Assembly (NCBI GenBank): GCA_028023455.1
Contig: JAQFVV010000004.1
Coordinates: 5,394,001-5,458,000 of the forward strand
DNA: 64,000 nucleotides
Source: Epiperipatus broadwayi
Lineage: Eukaryota > Animalia > Onychophora
Reading direction: 5' to 3'
Position 1 is the stretch's first letter. Each line of letters starts with the position of its first letter. The translations under genes were made by a program, and so were the position numbers. The notes below the pieces were generated by a model. It worked only from the letters and a program-made list of their open reading frames with translations. It was not told where the DNA came from and did not search any database. Shown here piece by piece: positions 27,427 to 41,570 of this stretch.

Positions 27427-27999
27427 CTGAGAGCACTGAACCTTGATCTCAGAATCTAATGCAACCCTCCAACTACCACCTTTTATTTCTACTTAACTAC
27501 AAAATTATGAGGAGAATAAAATTGGAAAACAATAATATTTTCAATCCAAGCTCATTAGCTTGTATAGTCATATAGGTCTGAACTCAGTTCAGTACCCATA
27601 TATTTTGGATGAGTAGGCAATAAATAGGGATTTTATACACAAGCTTTCTGGCATCCATTGATTACTCTGGCTTTCACTAAGTTGCACTACTTTAAGGAGA
27701 GTTTTCCCTGTTTTAATAACAGTTATGAGCAAGCATAAAAAATAGCAATCATGTGATGTTTAACGATTTAATTCCAATCCTCTCTAATAGGATAGTGATG
27801 GCTATGGTGATTAAAGAAGCAAAGACACCAAAATGTATGGGTACTGAACTGAGTTCAGACTTATATAAGCTAATGAACTTGGATTGAAAATATTATTGTA
27901 TTTTCAATTTTATTTTCATGGTTTTGTAGTTAAATAGAGATAAAAGGTGACTGATGAAGAGTTGCATTGGATCCTATGATCTAGGTGCAGTGCTCTCAG

Positions 28000-28058
28000 A
28001 TGCAATGCTCCTCATTGATGAAAGCCATAAGCTAGAAACTTGTCTGGGGATATTGGAT
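28000..28058 (+). ncRNA. Type I hammerhead ribozyme motif (family A), C3U variant
   Basis: ATGCAA TGC TCCTCA TTGATGA A AGC CATAA GCT A GAAA CTTG TC TGGGGA TA TTGGAT. Confidence 0.65.
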
Positions 28059-29419
28059 GAGTAGGCACTAGATAGGTATTTTATGCACAAGCCTGGCATC
28101 CATTGATTACTCTGGCTTGCACTGAGTGGCACTACTGTATGGAGAGTTTTGCCTGTTTTAATTTCGTTTTACTTTCTAAGAATAACTATATGCCTATTTA
28201 CTGACTAATTTTCAGATATTTGATTTGATTTGACTATGATTTGGCTACTTGAAAAAAAAATCTTGTACTTGTTTGGAATCTGAAAAAAAATAAAAATTCC
28301 AGTTTTACCTAACTCAGATTCAAACTTTATGTCAGAGAATGATGAGCAGATGCATTAATCACTATACCGTGTCTTTGTACATATATATAATAATTTTAAT
28401 TTCTTCAAAATGTAAATAATTGGTTTGTGATTATTTAGAATTAATCCTTGCTAGCTAAAAAAAGTAATTAACATTATTAGATTCCATATTGCATAATAAT
28501 GTGTATCTGATTAACAGAACATTTAAATAAGTGCATTTGTTGATAAAATAAAAAATCATATATTTGTATGAATTAAATGAAAGGATTAAATTATATTGAT
28601 ATTTCATATCTGAAATTTATAGGTGACTGATATAATTTAGTCATATCTAACATTGTACACCCTTTCTACCAATGCAATTTCTGCAAAAGGGTTGCATAAA
28701 TCTGAAATATCTTACAATCATTCCAATGTTATAAAAAAAAATTTTTTTTTTACCTTCAATATTTTTACAATCTTCATATTATTATTAATATAATTTTAAA
28801 ATAGTGTTTCATATGAGTAGCAAGTGATAATGAATGTCATTGTTTTGGTCTTTGTCTTCTGTAGTTTTGTTGCTGAATCAACCTGCAGGAGCAATAGATG
28901 TAGCAAGTGTATATTATATTATCATCGAACAATGAATATTACTTGCCATTCGTTTATTATCTTAACCAATAGTGTATTTATGTCTTTTATATTTTTCTGT
29001 ATGTTATAAATGCACATTCCTTTTATATAAAAAATTTCTGATTTGAATTTTAACAAACAAGCAACAAAAAGCAGACATATAAATTATGACAGATTATGAA
29101 AAAAAGTTTAAAAGTTACACCAAAAGAAATGTTTCCACTTAAAAAATGCATATCTGACAGGAAATAATAAGTCAAAAATTCGAAATTGTAAAAATTATTT
29201 TTAAAAAATATGAGATAATGAGGATCATCTGACTAAAAAATAATGAGAATCATGTGATTTTAGTTATTATAATTCACTCAAAATTGTTGATTAATTTTTG
29301 AAAAAAAAGAAAATTATTTAAACAATATTTTTTTAGATTTAATTTCAAAACTATTTCAGTTTTTTTTTTTTTTTACTTAATCATATGATAAATTATTGCA
29401 TGCGATTATTTTTTCTTCT

Positions 29420-29620
29420 GTCTAAAGTTGGTGGGTAGCATGGTCTAATTTTAATGGTATCTATTCCAGGGCAGATTCCTGATATTTGATCATTTTTTTC
29501 TATTTGAATATCATCTAAGAATTTCTTCCTCATCTTACCTCTTCCAGTTGTTTTTTAAATCATTTACTATCTAAAAGCGTCTATGACATTCATAATGATT
29601 AATAATGTAACTTATGTTTA
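29420..29620 (-). mobile_element. Probable 3' fragment of a LINE ORF
   Basis: Minus strand reads GRGKMRKKFLDDI, resembling the GRGRPRK..LDDI C-terminal motif of RTE-type LINEs. Short and degenerate. Confidence 0.4.
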
Positions 29621-30639
29621 CTTCCACAATATTTTATTTTTTATTTTGTCTATATATTAAGTTTTTATTATTCTATAGTAGTAAAACATCAACATATTAT
29701 TAAAATCACACACATGCAGCATATAGATGTTTCACACTATTAGCCTCAATTCCTCATCTCTGTTAGTTCCTTAACAATATTATCATTATATGCACACATT
29801 CATTTTCATTACACAACTTTTAATTTTTAGAAATTCTATTCTTCTTGTTTTGCTTTAAGCAGTCATTTACCTTTATATGTGTTTTGGCTCAGATAATATA
29901 AATTTGGAACTTAATTTTTATCAAATTATATATAAACTTTCTATCTACTCCATTATGATATGTTTCATTGCACAAAAATGATTATGTGATTACAGTATAT
30001 GCTGTTATGCAGTCTTATTTCTCGCTCAATACTTTTTCAAACAATTTGGTTTAAATCTATTCACTTGACCAAATAATTTTCAATCAAAATATATAAAAAC
30101 ACTTTTGCATATTTCTCTCACTAGCGATGAAGGCTGCATTCTTGGTATTTTGTTTTTGTTGTTGTTTTTATAATCATTACAGATACGTTAGGCTGATGCA
30201 TATTAACATTGGGCATAATTTTTAATTAAAAATAGTTTAATATCCATTTTCCAATCCTATATTATATTGTATGATGACAACTGGATAGTTTGTGAGCCAA
30301 TTTTCTGACAGAAAAATAATCTTAAACTTGATTATGGTCTGAAAAACTTTTAAAGGTTCAACTAGCCATAAAAGTTATACCTCAGGTTGTGAGTATGATA
30401 GGTGAATTTGTTAACCACTACAATTATAAAGCTCTTAGTATTTTTATTTTCTAATAAATTTTGAACATGAAGATACTATAACTTTTATTAAAAATTGCTA
30501 AGGAAACAATGATATGTCATTACAATCATCAAATGTTTTTCATTACTTGATTTCAGGGTCTTATTGTAATATTGTTTTCCAGCAGATCATTCATTATTTA
30601 ATTTTTACTGAATAAAAAATTATTACAGTCAGATCTATA

Positions 30640-32930
<2,291 letters not shown>

Positions 32931-33379
32931 TAAACCCTCATATAACAGCAATATAGTGGAGGGCTAAGAGTTTAAGGCTTATCACAGTGACAATATAATG
33001 ATGGAGATAAATTCGGGGACTTAAAAATAGACAGTTCAAAGTAAGTTTTTTCAGATAGTAGTGTCACGAGTGTGGGCTTGGAACTGGTCTGTATTCAGAT
33101 TTAAAATATGTAAACACATTTTGCATCAATAATGATTCTGTTAAAAATAAATTTGAGAAATAGTTAGCAAATTCATAAATCTACTGATATATTTTAGATT
33201 AAAGTACAGAAACTGAAATGAAATGATTAATTTATTTACTGATGATTAATATAAAATAGATCAAACACTTTTAGGAAATGTTTCTTTTTTTTCTACTTTA
33301 CTTTTTAACTATAATTATATTTAATATAATTATCTAATTTATAAGTTAATTGAAGAATATGTAATTTTTGTACTAAATG

Positions 33380-33760
33380 CTTATGTCCGTCGATATTGTG
33401 ATAATAACCCCATTGGTCCAATAGTTTAAAATAATTATTTAAATTATTTTTTTTATAATAATTTTAATTTCACGTTTTATTATACATACGAATATAGCAT
33501 TGGCAGGGGATAACTAAAATGGCGAACATAGTTTTAAATATGTCTAAAAATATATATCGAAATTTGAAAATCACGGTCATATTTCAAATTTAATAAAAAC
33601 ATTCAGTAACAAAATTAAGTTCCCAGTCCTACTTTACACTGAGGCACATTTTATTGTTGAATGTTCTTTATTAAAATTAAGAAATCGATCGCAACATAAT
33701 CATAGATTTAGTGATTAATGTCCAACTTAAAATCACTTGCGAACAAACTCTCCCTACATA
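33380..33760. promoter_or_regulatory. Candidate promoter-like, CpG-retaining patch
   Basis: Local cluster of CpGs, opposed CCAAT boxes (cattggtccaat), AAAATGGCG (YY1/Pho-like) and a DRE-like TATCGAAA. No repeat identity recognised. Confidence 0.3.
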
Positions 33761-36477
33761 TAACATTTAAATATGCATGTATATATTTGCTTTATATCTA
33801 GATATAATAAAATGATGTTCTTTGGAGTTTAAAAATATATTTAGTATAAAGCCATAGAGATAATTATGAGAACTGTCAATTTAAAAAATTAAATCTTATT
33901 CATTTTAATAAAGTATTAATATAATATTTGGTATCAGAATAAATGTAAATAATTATTTATTTGTCTTCATAATAATTTTATTTTAAAAGGTATTATGCAT
34001 GTAAAATTTAATATAATATTGCTGATTTTGCTGTGCAGAAAGTAACAAAAAGAACCTTATTATTTGGATGAAAATGGTTGCTGTACCAACATGATAAAAA
34101 TTTCATGCACAAATTGTAATTAAATGAAAGAAGAGTTCAAATCTATGTCATTTTTCAATCAAGTCTTCTACACTATAAAGCAAGAGTTTGAGAAATTTGA
34201 GTTTATTTGCTACTTTGTTTTAAGTATTTAATTCACTATTATGGATGCTTAAATCATCATCATTAAACATGATTTAATTATAGAACAATAATTAATTGCT
34301 TACCTTCTAAAGTTGATAAAAAAAAATTTATCTCTGAATTATTTAAAAATATAACCAAATGTTCAAAATCTTCAAACAGTTCTGAAATTATTAAGTTAGC
34401 TACATTTAATAAATCGAATTTTGCTTATGTTCTCCAGTTTATGTGAACATATTAAAAGCACACCTGAGAAATTCTGATTTTTAATTTAATTATTGTGTTT
34501 TTGCTAATTTTCTAAAAACTAATCCTGTGGAATATTTTAATGAAATAACATACCTCATTTCTTAAAAAGTAGCGTAAGCTTGTGGTTAAAACACCTGTAG
34601 AGGTCCTTACTATCGCATTTTACATGCATATTATCGAGGTTATAGCCTCAGTAAATATTACAATTAACTGTAAAAGTAATTGCCTAATCAACTCCATAAT
34701 GGATTTTAAAATTGTAATAAACATATTGTCATTACTTTTAAAATAAAACACTGTGCTATCTCATCTGTCTATAAAATTTGTGGAAAAACTAAAAAAATAA
34801 TTAATTCTTTATACTTTCTAATGTGAAATTTAAAAAGGAATAAAATAATGAATATAGTGTAAAAAGGAAGTTTATTAATGAAACTATAGAAAATGTGCTT
34901 AGAATGAAAATGGATGAAGTTATTCCATAAACTTATCATTTGTTTTTTTCAAGTTTTTTTTTTTTTTTTGTAATATTTGAATTGCTTGTGTTTTGTACTG
35001 ATCAATGTTCTCATCAATAAAAAGACCAGGTAGTACGGTTTCAATATTTTAGAATACAAAAAATAAAGACATTCCATGACTATAGATCAAATAAAATGTA
35101 TCATTTAGGAAGATCTTAATGCTGTATAAATTGGTCATGTTGATATTATACTTATCTAGAGAAATGTAAATATTTTTCTAGATAAGAGGATAAAATAAAA
35201 GATATCATTTTCCAATGTTCCAATAGACGAAATATTGAGACCTATAAGATGTAGAGAAATACCTTATTCTGGATTTTATGATAATAAGCATATGTTTAAA
35301 TCCTATTTATGGGCAATCTTCTATATTACTTTTGTATTTATATAAGCAATACATAGAGTTACACATCATTGCATTTATCTGTGATTTTTTCTTTTATAAA
35401 GTTCTTATAAGCAAACTTTTATTTAGAGAACATTATTGGAGATATTAATATAATTATCTTATACTTACTTCTTCCATATTTAAGCATTTTTATTTTGTTT
35501 AATAAAATTATTTAATTCTTGTTTTAAAATAATTACTTTGCATTTTATTTATTTATCATTTTGATTTATTGGTGTAGTCATATAATTTTAATTTCAATCA
35601 GCTAATTTTCATTATACTTTAATAAAAATTGTTAAATCAATATTGTTTATCTTTAAACAGTTCATGAGAGTTCATTACCTACTTCTTTCATAGCTTTATT
35701 TATATAGTAAGATATTAGCACTGGATACAATCACAAAATGCCCATTTGTATTCAATCATATCCTAAGAAACTTTATTATATAAAATGTACAAAAGTCTCT
35801 ATTATGTTAAAAGCCCTGAGAAATAGTATAGATTAAAATAATATTTTGTTGACTGATATTATGCTAATCACATGTATAAAGTTTAATGGAATCGTTATGT
35901 ACTTATTAGCATATACAATGTCAGAAATGCTGTATAAAGTCCTGAGATTTATTAGGAATATTAATGTTTACATAAGTCTTTGAATCAACATTACAAGTTA
36001 GCATTTTAGAAAGGAAACATGTTTATTGGATCCCCTTCACCTTTTAGCTTCTTGATTTATTTATATGTACCAAATAGCACCTTCCTCACTCGATTATAGC
36101 ATTGCAATATATATATATTATAAAGCCAAAAACATTATGACTCTCTTACTACATATTGCTTTTTATGAGAAAATACATCAGTGCTGTCATCTATTATATA
36201 ATGTTTGGTATGTTAATCTGCCATTGTCTCAACATAATTTATTCTTGCATAACAATTTTAGAATTATCGCACAAATTTTATTTTTATATTTGTTTATAAT
36301 TATGAAATTCTATTTTCCAGCTAAATATTTTGTTTTTTTATTTGCTTTCCTTGATGTTCTAAATTCTTGAAATACACAATACTTAAGTACTTTACTTAAA
36401 AAAATTATATAATCACAGGTAAACTTTTTCTTCTTTAAAAAAAAACCTTAAACTAGTGTCTTTACTCTCTTGTTATA

Positions 36478-37200
36478 CAGGGTATATGAGCACAGACTTT
36501 CACACGACCCACCACTCTCCACTCTATCTAATAACACTGATATACTCAAGCACATATATGCTGAAAAGATAAATAATCACCAATACGTATTTCATGCTAA
36601 ACCAGCAATCATCAGTTGGTCCAGATTATCATCTCCCAAACATATATACTATAAGTGCTCAGATATATATTAAGATAGACAATCTTCATACTTTAATGGA
36701 CAGGCTCCAATCTACTACACACTCCAACTCTTCAACCGTCCATCCAATTGAAAATCTGATGATGGAATGCTCGAAGGCCACCCTAAGGCCGAGATTCTTG
36801 TCACACCCATGTTGACCTAAAGTCAATCTGAACCCCACATGTACAGGACATAATCCATTAAATACATATGCAAGGATGGGAAGACATCTGTATAATGTAA
36901 TAACTGAAACAGGCTTATTATATACCTGTGTCTATATATGTAATATAGAGTATATGAGCACAGACTTTCACATGACCCTCCACTCTATCTAATAACACTG
37001 ATACACTCAAGCACATATATGCTGAAAAGATAAATAATCACCCGTATACGTACTTCATGCTAAACCAGCAATCATCAGTTGGTCCAGATTATCATCTCCT
37101 ACACATATATACTATAAGTGCTCAGATATATATTAAGATAGACAATCTTCATACTTTAATGGACAGGCTCCAATCTACTACACACTCCAATTCTTCAACT
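36478..37200 (-). mobile_element. Family B HHR-containing repeat, tandem 1.6-mer of near-identical units
   Basis: 36482-36735 recurs at 36951-37200 (period ~461-469). HHR motifs lie at 36567-36634 and 37028-37097 on the minus strand. The spacer 36810-36900 is homologous to 41190-41340. Confidence 0.9.
36567..36634 (-). ncRNA. Type I hammerhead ribozyme motif (family B)
   Basis: Minus strand: AGATGATAATC TGG ACCAA CTGATGA TTGCT GGTTT AGCAT GAAA TACG TA TTGGT GATTAT. Core intact; the stem II closing pair is U.U. Confidence 0.75.
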
Positions 37201-37574
37201 GTATATTTTTTAAAGCAATTTTTTTAATAAAAGTTTTCATTAATCTTTTTCATTATGATGATGATGATTTCTCACTTATGTGAATATTAAAATTGAATAA
37301 AATTATAGTTTTTATTAATGCATAATGTTTTAATTGTATAATAGTTGTATGCTTATTGATTAAAAAAAATTTCCAAGTTTATGTACTGAGAATATAACTA
37401 TTCACATTTTTGTTTTTTTAATAAGAATGAACTTAAGAGACACTGCAGGTATGAAATATGTAAAAGCATAGTGTCACATTGACTTTATTATTTAGGAAAC
37501 TAATAAAAATTAAATATAAAATTTAAGTTTTAAATTGGCTTAATTAATATTTTAATTTGTTTTTATAGGGGATT

Positions 37575-37830
37575 TGAACAACGACTTTTATGCTCTCTTC
37601 GGCTATCTATTCTATCTCATACAATCGATACATATGACAACACACCATGTGAAAAAGATAAATGATCTCCAATATATATATTTCGCGCTGAACCAATACT
37701 CATCACTTGGTCCAGATCATCATCTCCCACACACATATATAATCAGTATTCAGTTTGTATTAAGATAGTAAGTCTTCAAACTTTAATGGATAGGCTTCAG
37801 TTCTTCTCCAACTCTTCAGTCATCCATACT
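37575..37830 (-). mobile_element. Family B HHR-containing repeat, single copy
   Basis: Homologous to 36482-36735. HHR at 37656-37725: ATGATC TGG ACCAA GTGATGA GTATT GGTTC AGCGC GAAA TATATA TA TTGGA GATCAT (C3G). Confidence 0.85.
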
Positions 37831-38887
37831 CGCTATACATAACGTTTGTATATTAGAATTTAAATAAATGTAAATCATGAATTTAATATCACGAGTATGT
37901 CACATCTCTTTCTTTCACCTTTGTCTAAAGCTGGATCTTATTATACTTGATTTGTTTTTATGGTTCATACATTAACATTCATCTGACTAAACTGGGTGTT
38001 TTTATCTTTCAGTTGAGATCATCTTATTATGAATAGTAAGGAATGGTGAAATAGTTTTAAGTATGACACTAATAAGGCAGTGGAATCAAAAGCTGATAGT
38101 TTTTAGATCAATTCTCAGTCAAGTAAAATAAAATAAAAAATCTCAATTTTGTCACTTGACTGAAAATCCTTGTGCTCAATCTACTACTTGGATGGGCGAA
38201 CAATTCATGATAGAGCAGTAGTTTGATTAATAGAAAAAAAAAACATTATTGCTATTATGGCAATATGCAAATCTATGATTAAACATTTGCATTCTAGAGA
38301 TATAGAAATCATAAACATATTTTCATAATTTTAAGTCTTTTTTTTTAATTGCTGGTCTAGTGATTTTTTGGTTTAATTAATTATATGGTCCCATATGACT
38401 TTTCTAATAGCTTCCAATGTATAAATTTAGATTTGTTTAGTTATTTAAACGAAAATAAAAACTTGATTATGTTTGAATAAATTAATTAATATTTAAATTA
38501 GTAGCAATAATAGCATGTCATTATACAAACCTTTATTTGTAAGCTTTTATTACTACTTCTGTATATAAATATTTCTTTTTCTTTTATTTGATTAAGGGGG
38601 ATACGTCTTTAATTTTAAAAAAAGTTATATGGCTAGAGAAGATAATTTATGCTTCCTGATTTTTAACATTTTAATATCGTCAAATTGTTTTATTTTAGTA
38701 TTGAGGTATAAGTAGTGTTTATATTTCAAATTCTTTATAACTGCTAAAAATATAATTTGATGGATTTTGTTTTTACTAAATGATCTTTATTACTTTTTTA
38801 GTAACCTAAATTTATGATGTCTCATTATTTATTACAGAAAGCATTAGACTGTTTTAATGATTCATTTATTTATCAACATTTTAACAT

Positions 38888-39130
38888 AAATATTGTAATG
38901 GAAGGGACGGGCATATTTACTACAATGTGTAAACAAAAGTATATTTGATGAATTTTGTTTTTAAATAATTAATTATAGAATTAAATAATAATTATATAAT
39001 TTTTTTGAACAAATTGTAATGGATGGGAAGGGCATATTTATTACAATGTATAAACAAAAGTATATTTGATTAATTTTATTTTTAAATAATTGTGGAATTA
39101 AATAATAGTTACATAATTTTTCTCAACAAA
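38888..39130. repeat. Tandem duplication, 2 x ~121 bp
   Basis: ttgtaatgga.ggga.gggcatattta.tacaatgt.taaacaaaagtatatttga starts at 38893 and 39014. Confidence 0.85.
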
Positions 39131-41189
39131 TACTGACAGCAGTTAATATTGTAGTTCAAAATTAGTTTTTAAAAATTAGTTTTTTGTTTTTTATAGTCGA
39201 ACTTAGTTGGGATTAAAGCTTTTATTTCTGATTGTCTAAGTTTAAACGTTTTTTTTTTTTTTATCTATTGCATTCTTTATAATAATTTTTTAAAAATTCA
39301 TATTTTTTAAAAAATGATCAAACACTAAATATAATGTTTAATTTTATTTCGTTTTGTTTTTTTAATATTAAATAGTAGTTTTGCCTTTTTTTTTTTTTTA
39401 AACCAAGATTTGTGTATTTTAACAACTATTTTCTTAATCAATATTCCTTTCTTTCTTTTTTTTTTCTGTTACATTGTGCTATGATTAGAAATTTTAAAAA
39501 TATCTAAATAAATTGGTATAATTTTTTTAATATTTATAAAGACACTAAACACAATTTATACTTTAATATTTATTTTAGCAATGAAGTATACTTTCAACAC
39601 ATTAGTATCATACTCATTGTTGTCATCATTATAACAAATCTGCAATTAAAAAACCTATTATTTATTTATTAGAATGTTATTGGTTCTCTGATTCATCATG
39701 TGTTCATTTGGTACAACAAACCAGACTTCATTAATTTTTTTATCTTTCTCTCATTTATTTCTTCTTGAACTACTTTAACCAGTGGAGTATTTTAACATTT
39801 TTGTTTATAGTGAATGCTGTCATTCTCATCCTTAGGTTCACTTTAGTTTTCCTACTATATATATATGGGCAGTTTAATTGGCTACATCCTGCAGCATATG
39901 CAACATTTGATCAGTTCATTGTCTATTTTCTTTTGTATTATTTGAGCAATGGATGTCCTACATTTAATATTAAATTTCTCAACACATATAATACTAATTT
40001 TATTTCCAATATGTGGTTTATATGCTATTGGCATCTATTTTTTATTGTTTCTAATTTTTTTCTCTTTTTATATATTTATTTTAAAATGCTCTACATATTT
40101 ATATATCAGTTTTACTGAAATCAGGTTTTCTTTTATCATAGATATAAATTTTCTACTTTATCAGATTCAAATTTACATAAATAATTATTTGATGCAAAAA
40201 TATTCTCAGATAATTGTATTTTTGCAACTTTGGTATTTGAAATTTCCAATTAATGCAAATGTTTTGTCATTTTTTTAATAATTCACTGAATTGAAATTTG
40301 ACTTTAAATTTAAATAACAAACTTTTTCACCTGATCCAGGCTCTTTAGTCCAATTTAATCTGGTTTTTTTTATTATTTAATTCTCAGGTATTATAATTAA
40401 TGTGCTATGGTGCAGATTTAAAGATGTCATCCATATACAGATTACTATACTTATTGACAATTTTATGGGTAAATTTTTGTTATTTCATATATATTGCTTT
40501 TAAACTTATCTACAATATCATTATGATTCATGTTAATATATGTATGAAGGTTAAGCTCTTGTACCAAGAGCAGATTATATCTAGATAATAGAAGTCTATT
40601 ACTCCGTATTTTTCCATTACTTTCTACCTCTTAATATAATTTATTTTAACATCTCAATTTAGAGCTACATCATAAAATAATTTTAAATATATAAAATGCC
40701 TTATATATGTATATCTTTCTTATTTTTTTATATTTCATTCAACAATTTTATTTCATTTATTTTGTTGTTCAATAATTTATTTATTTTTTAATTATTCAGG
40801 ACGATGCTCTACAAAAAACTTTTTGATGTTTTTTTCTTTACTTATAAATATTACATTATCTGTATTTAAAATAGCTAGCTAGTTAATTAAAGTATATAGA
40901 TTTGATATTTGTGATCCGCTATCAAACTTTAAATTGTTTATTGCCATCTGTATACTGTGTATATATATTTCATTATTTTTGTTTTTGTTGAGTTTTATGA
41001 TTTTTTTTTTTTTGATATTTGTTTAGTTTTTCTATTACTAGTGTTTTAAATCTTTTTATAAAATGTTAAATTACTTTAATCATATATATTGGAACAGATT
41101 AATTGAGTAAATAATAATAATGTTTGATATTCGAAATAAACTATTTAAAATTAATATTTGAAATACAGGCATTCTTCATATACCTGGAG

Positions 41190-41570
41190 CTTAATTGTAA
41201 ATTTATAGGGATTTAAACACAGACTTTCAAGCACCTGCCCATACCTCTTCTATGTATTTAAATGGATATGGTCCTATACATGAAGGGTCAGAGCTGACTT
41301 CAGGTCAACATGGGTGTGGCAGTAATATTGGCATCAGCGTGGGATTTGAGAGTATATAGAAGCCTATCATTTAAAGTATGAAAATTTGCTATCTTAATAT
41401 AAACTGAGCACTGATTATATATGTGTGTGGGAGATGATAATCTGGACCAACTGATAAGTGCTGGTTCAGCACGAAATATGTATATTGGTGATTATTCATC
41501 TTTTCTACATGCGTGTGGTCATGAATATCAATGGTATAAAATAGTGTGGCTAATTGAAGGGTACTTGAAA
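41190..41570 (+). mobile_element. Family B HHR-containing repeat, single monomer
   Basis: Reverse-complement homology to 36500-36980, including the spacer. Confidence 0.85.
41432..41501 (+). ncRNA. Type I hammerhead ribozyme motif (family B), best-paired copy, G8A
   Basis: AGATGATAATC TGG ACCAA CTGATAA GTGCTG GTT CAGCAC GAAA TATGTA TA TTGGT GATTATTCATCT. Helices I and II pair fully apart from one distal bulge; the only core lesion is G8A. Confidence 0.82.

Larger units (their letters stand above)
27232..28165. mobile_element. Family A HHR-containing insertion with inversion and 10-bp TSD
   Basis: Left arm ~27232-27600 is inverted relative to ~27605-28165, which holds 1.3 tandem units (ttggatgagtaggc at 27605 and 28053, period 448). 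GTTTTACTTT flanks it at 27222-27231 and 28166-28175. Confidence 0.87.

Noticed and set aside
28863-30386. Further + strand exon candidates (LLLNQPAGAIDVA at ~28863; a 33-nt segment at ~30354)
   Set aside because: Weak donor (gtgtat) or weak acceptor, with no recognisable homology.
36765-36800. Possible second, antisense hammerhead in family B (gaaggccaccctaaggccgag)
   Set aside because: No CTGANGA directly before the stem, and the homologous region at ~41310-41340 does not keep the motif.
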